A DNA stretch of 64,000 nt from Camelus dromedarius (Eukaryota): the NCBI RefSeq assembly GCF_036321535.1, contig NC_087436.1:123072001-123136000 (forward strand), written 5' to 3'. The stretch's first letter is position 1. Each line of letters opens with the position of its first letter. Positions 63,746-64,000 of the stretch are shown here, one piece after another. The translations under genes were made by a program, and so were the position numbers. The notes under the pieces are model-generated. The model was given only the letters and a program-made list of their open reading frames with translations. It made no database searches and was not told the origin of the DNA.

Positions 63746-64000
63746 GTTAAGTCTTTCTATTTTTAAAGGCCTCAGTTTTTAAAACTCAATAAAAAACTAC
63801 CAACTTGTAGACCGAAGAACAGTAGTTCCATTTTTGAAGCACAATGAATTGTGCAGCATTTCTGTGATAGAAATAGCAAGTATCAGAAGGGTAATAAGAA
63901 ACCATCCCAAACCTCAACATTTCAATAATAAAAGAAAATTACATTTTTAACTTCAAAGTCAATTTTATTAACCAAATAAAGCTCCAAGGAAAATAACAAA

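Noticed and set aside
53600..64000. PCGF3 promoter or first exon
   Set aside because: No CpG island comparable to the one at 16.1-16.8 kb; the region is repeat-rich and reads as intron.

Overview
This is GC-rich mammalian genomic DNA, not a prokaryotic or phage region. Two tRNA-derived SINEs matching the camelid (Vic-1-like) type, plus cetartiodactyl-type L1 3' ends, suggest a camel or alpaca genome (inference). The window holds two convergent genes. On the + strand is the 3' half of CPLX1 (complexin-1): coding exons 7582-7757 and 12430-12627, a ~1.7 kb 3'UTR and AATAAA at 14315; its ATG exon lies upstream of the window. On the - strand is the complete 8-exon, 729-nt coding sequence of PCGF3 (242 aa, RING and RAWUL Polycomb protein; ATG 49814, TGA 22980), with a ~3.5 kb 3'UTR and at least one probable 5'UTR exon; no promoter or first exon was found in the window. 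Between the two 3' ends is an orphan CpG island with promoter motifs and (CCG)10. Introns are rich in L1, L2, MaLR/MLT, ERV LTR, Tigger and SINE relics. I found no convincing undescribed protein-coding system, and almost all ORFs in the supplied track are chance GC-rich frames. The best leads are regulatory: a PCGF3 exon junction that rebuilds a 5' splice site (recursive-splicing candidate), a 20/40-bp phased octamer array and a perfect CTCF site in the CPLX1 last intron, a miR-135/miR-137 site cluster, uORF and start-stop elements in the PCGF3 leader, and the orphan promoter that could drive antisense transcription. Repeat family names are from recall, and repeat boundaries are approximate.
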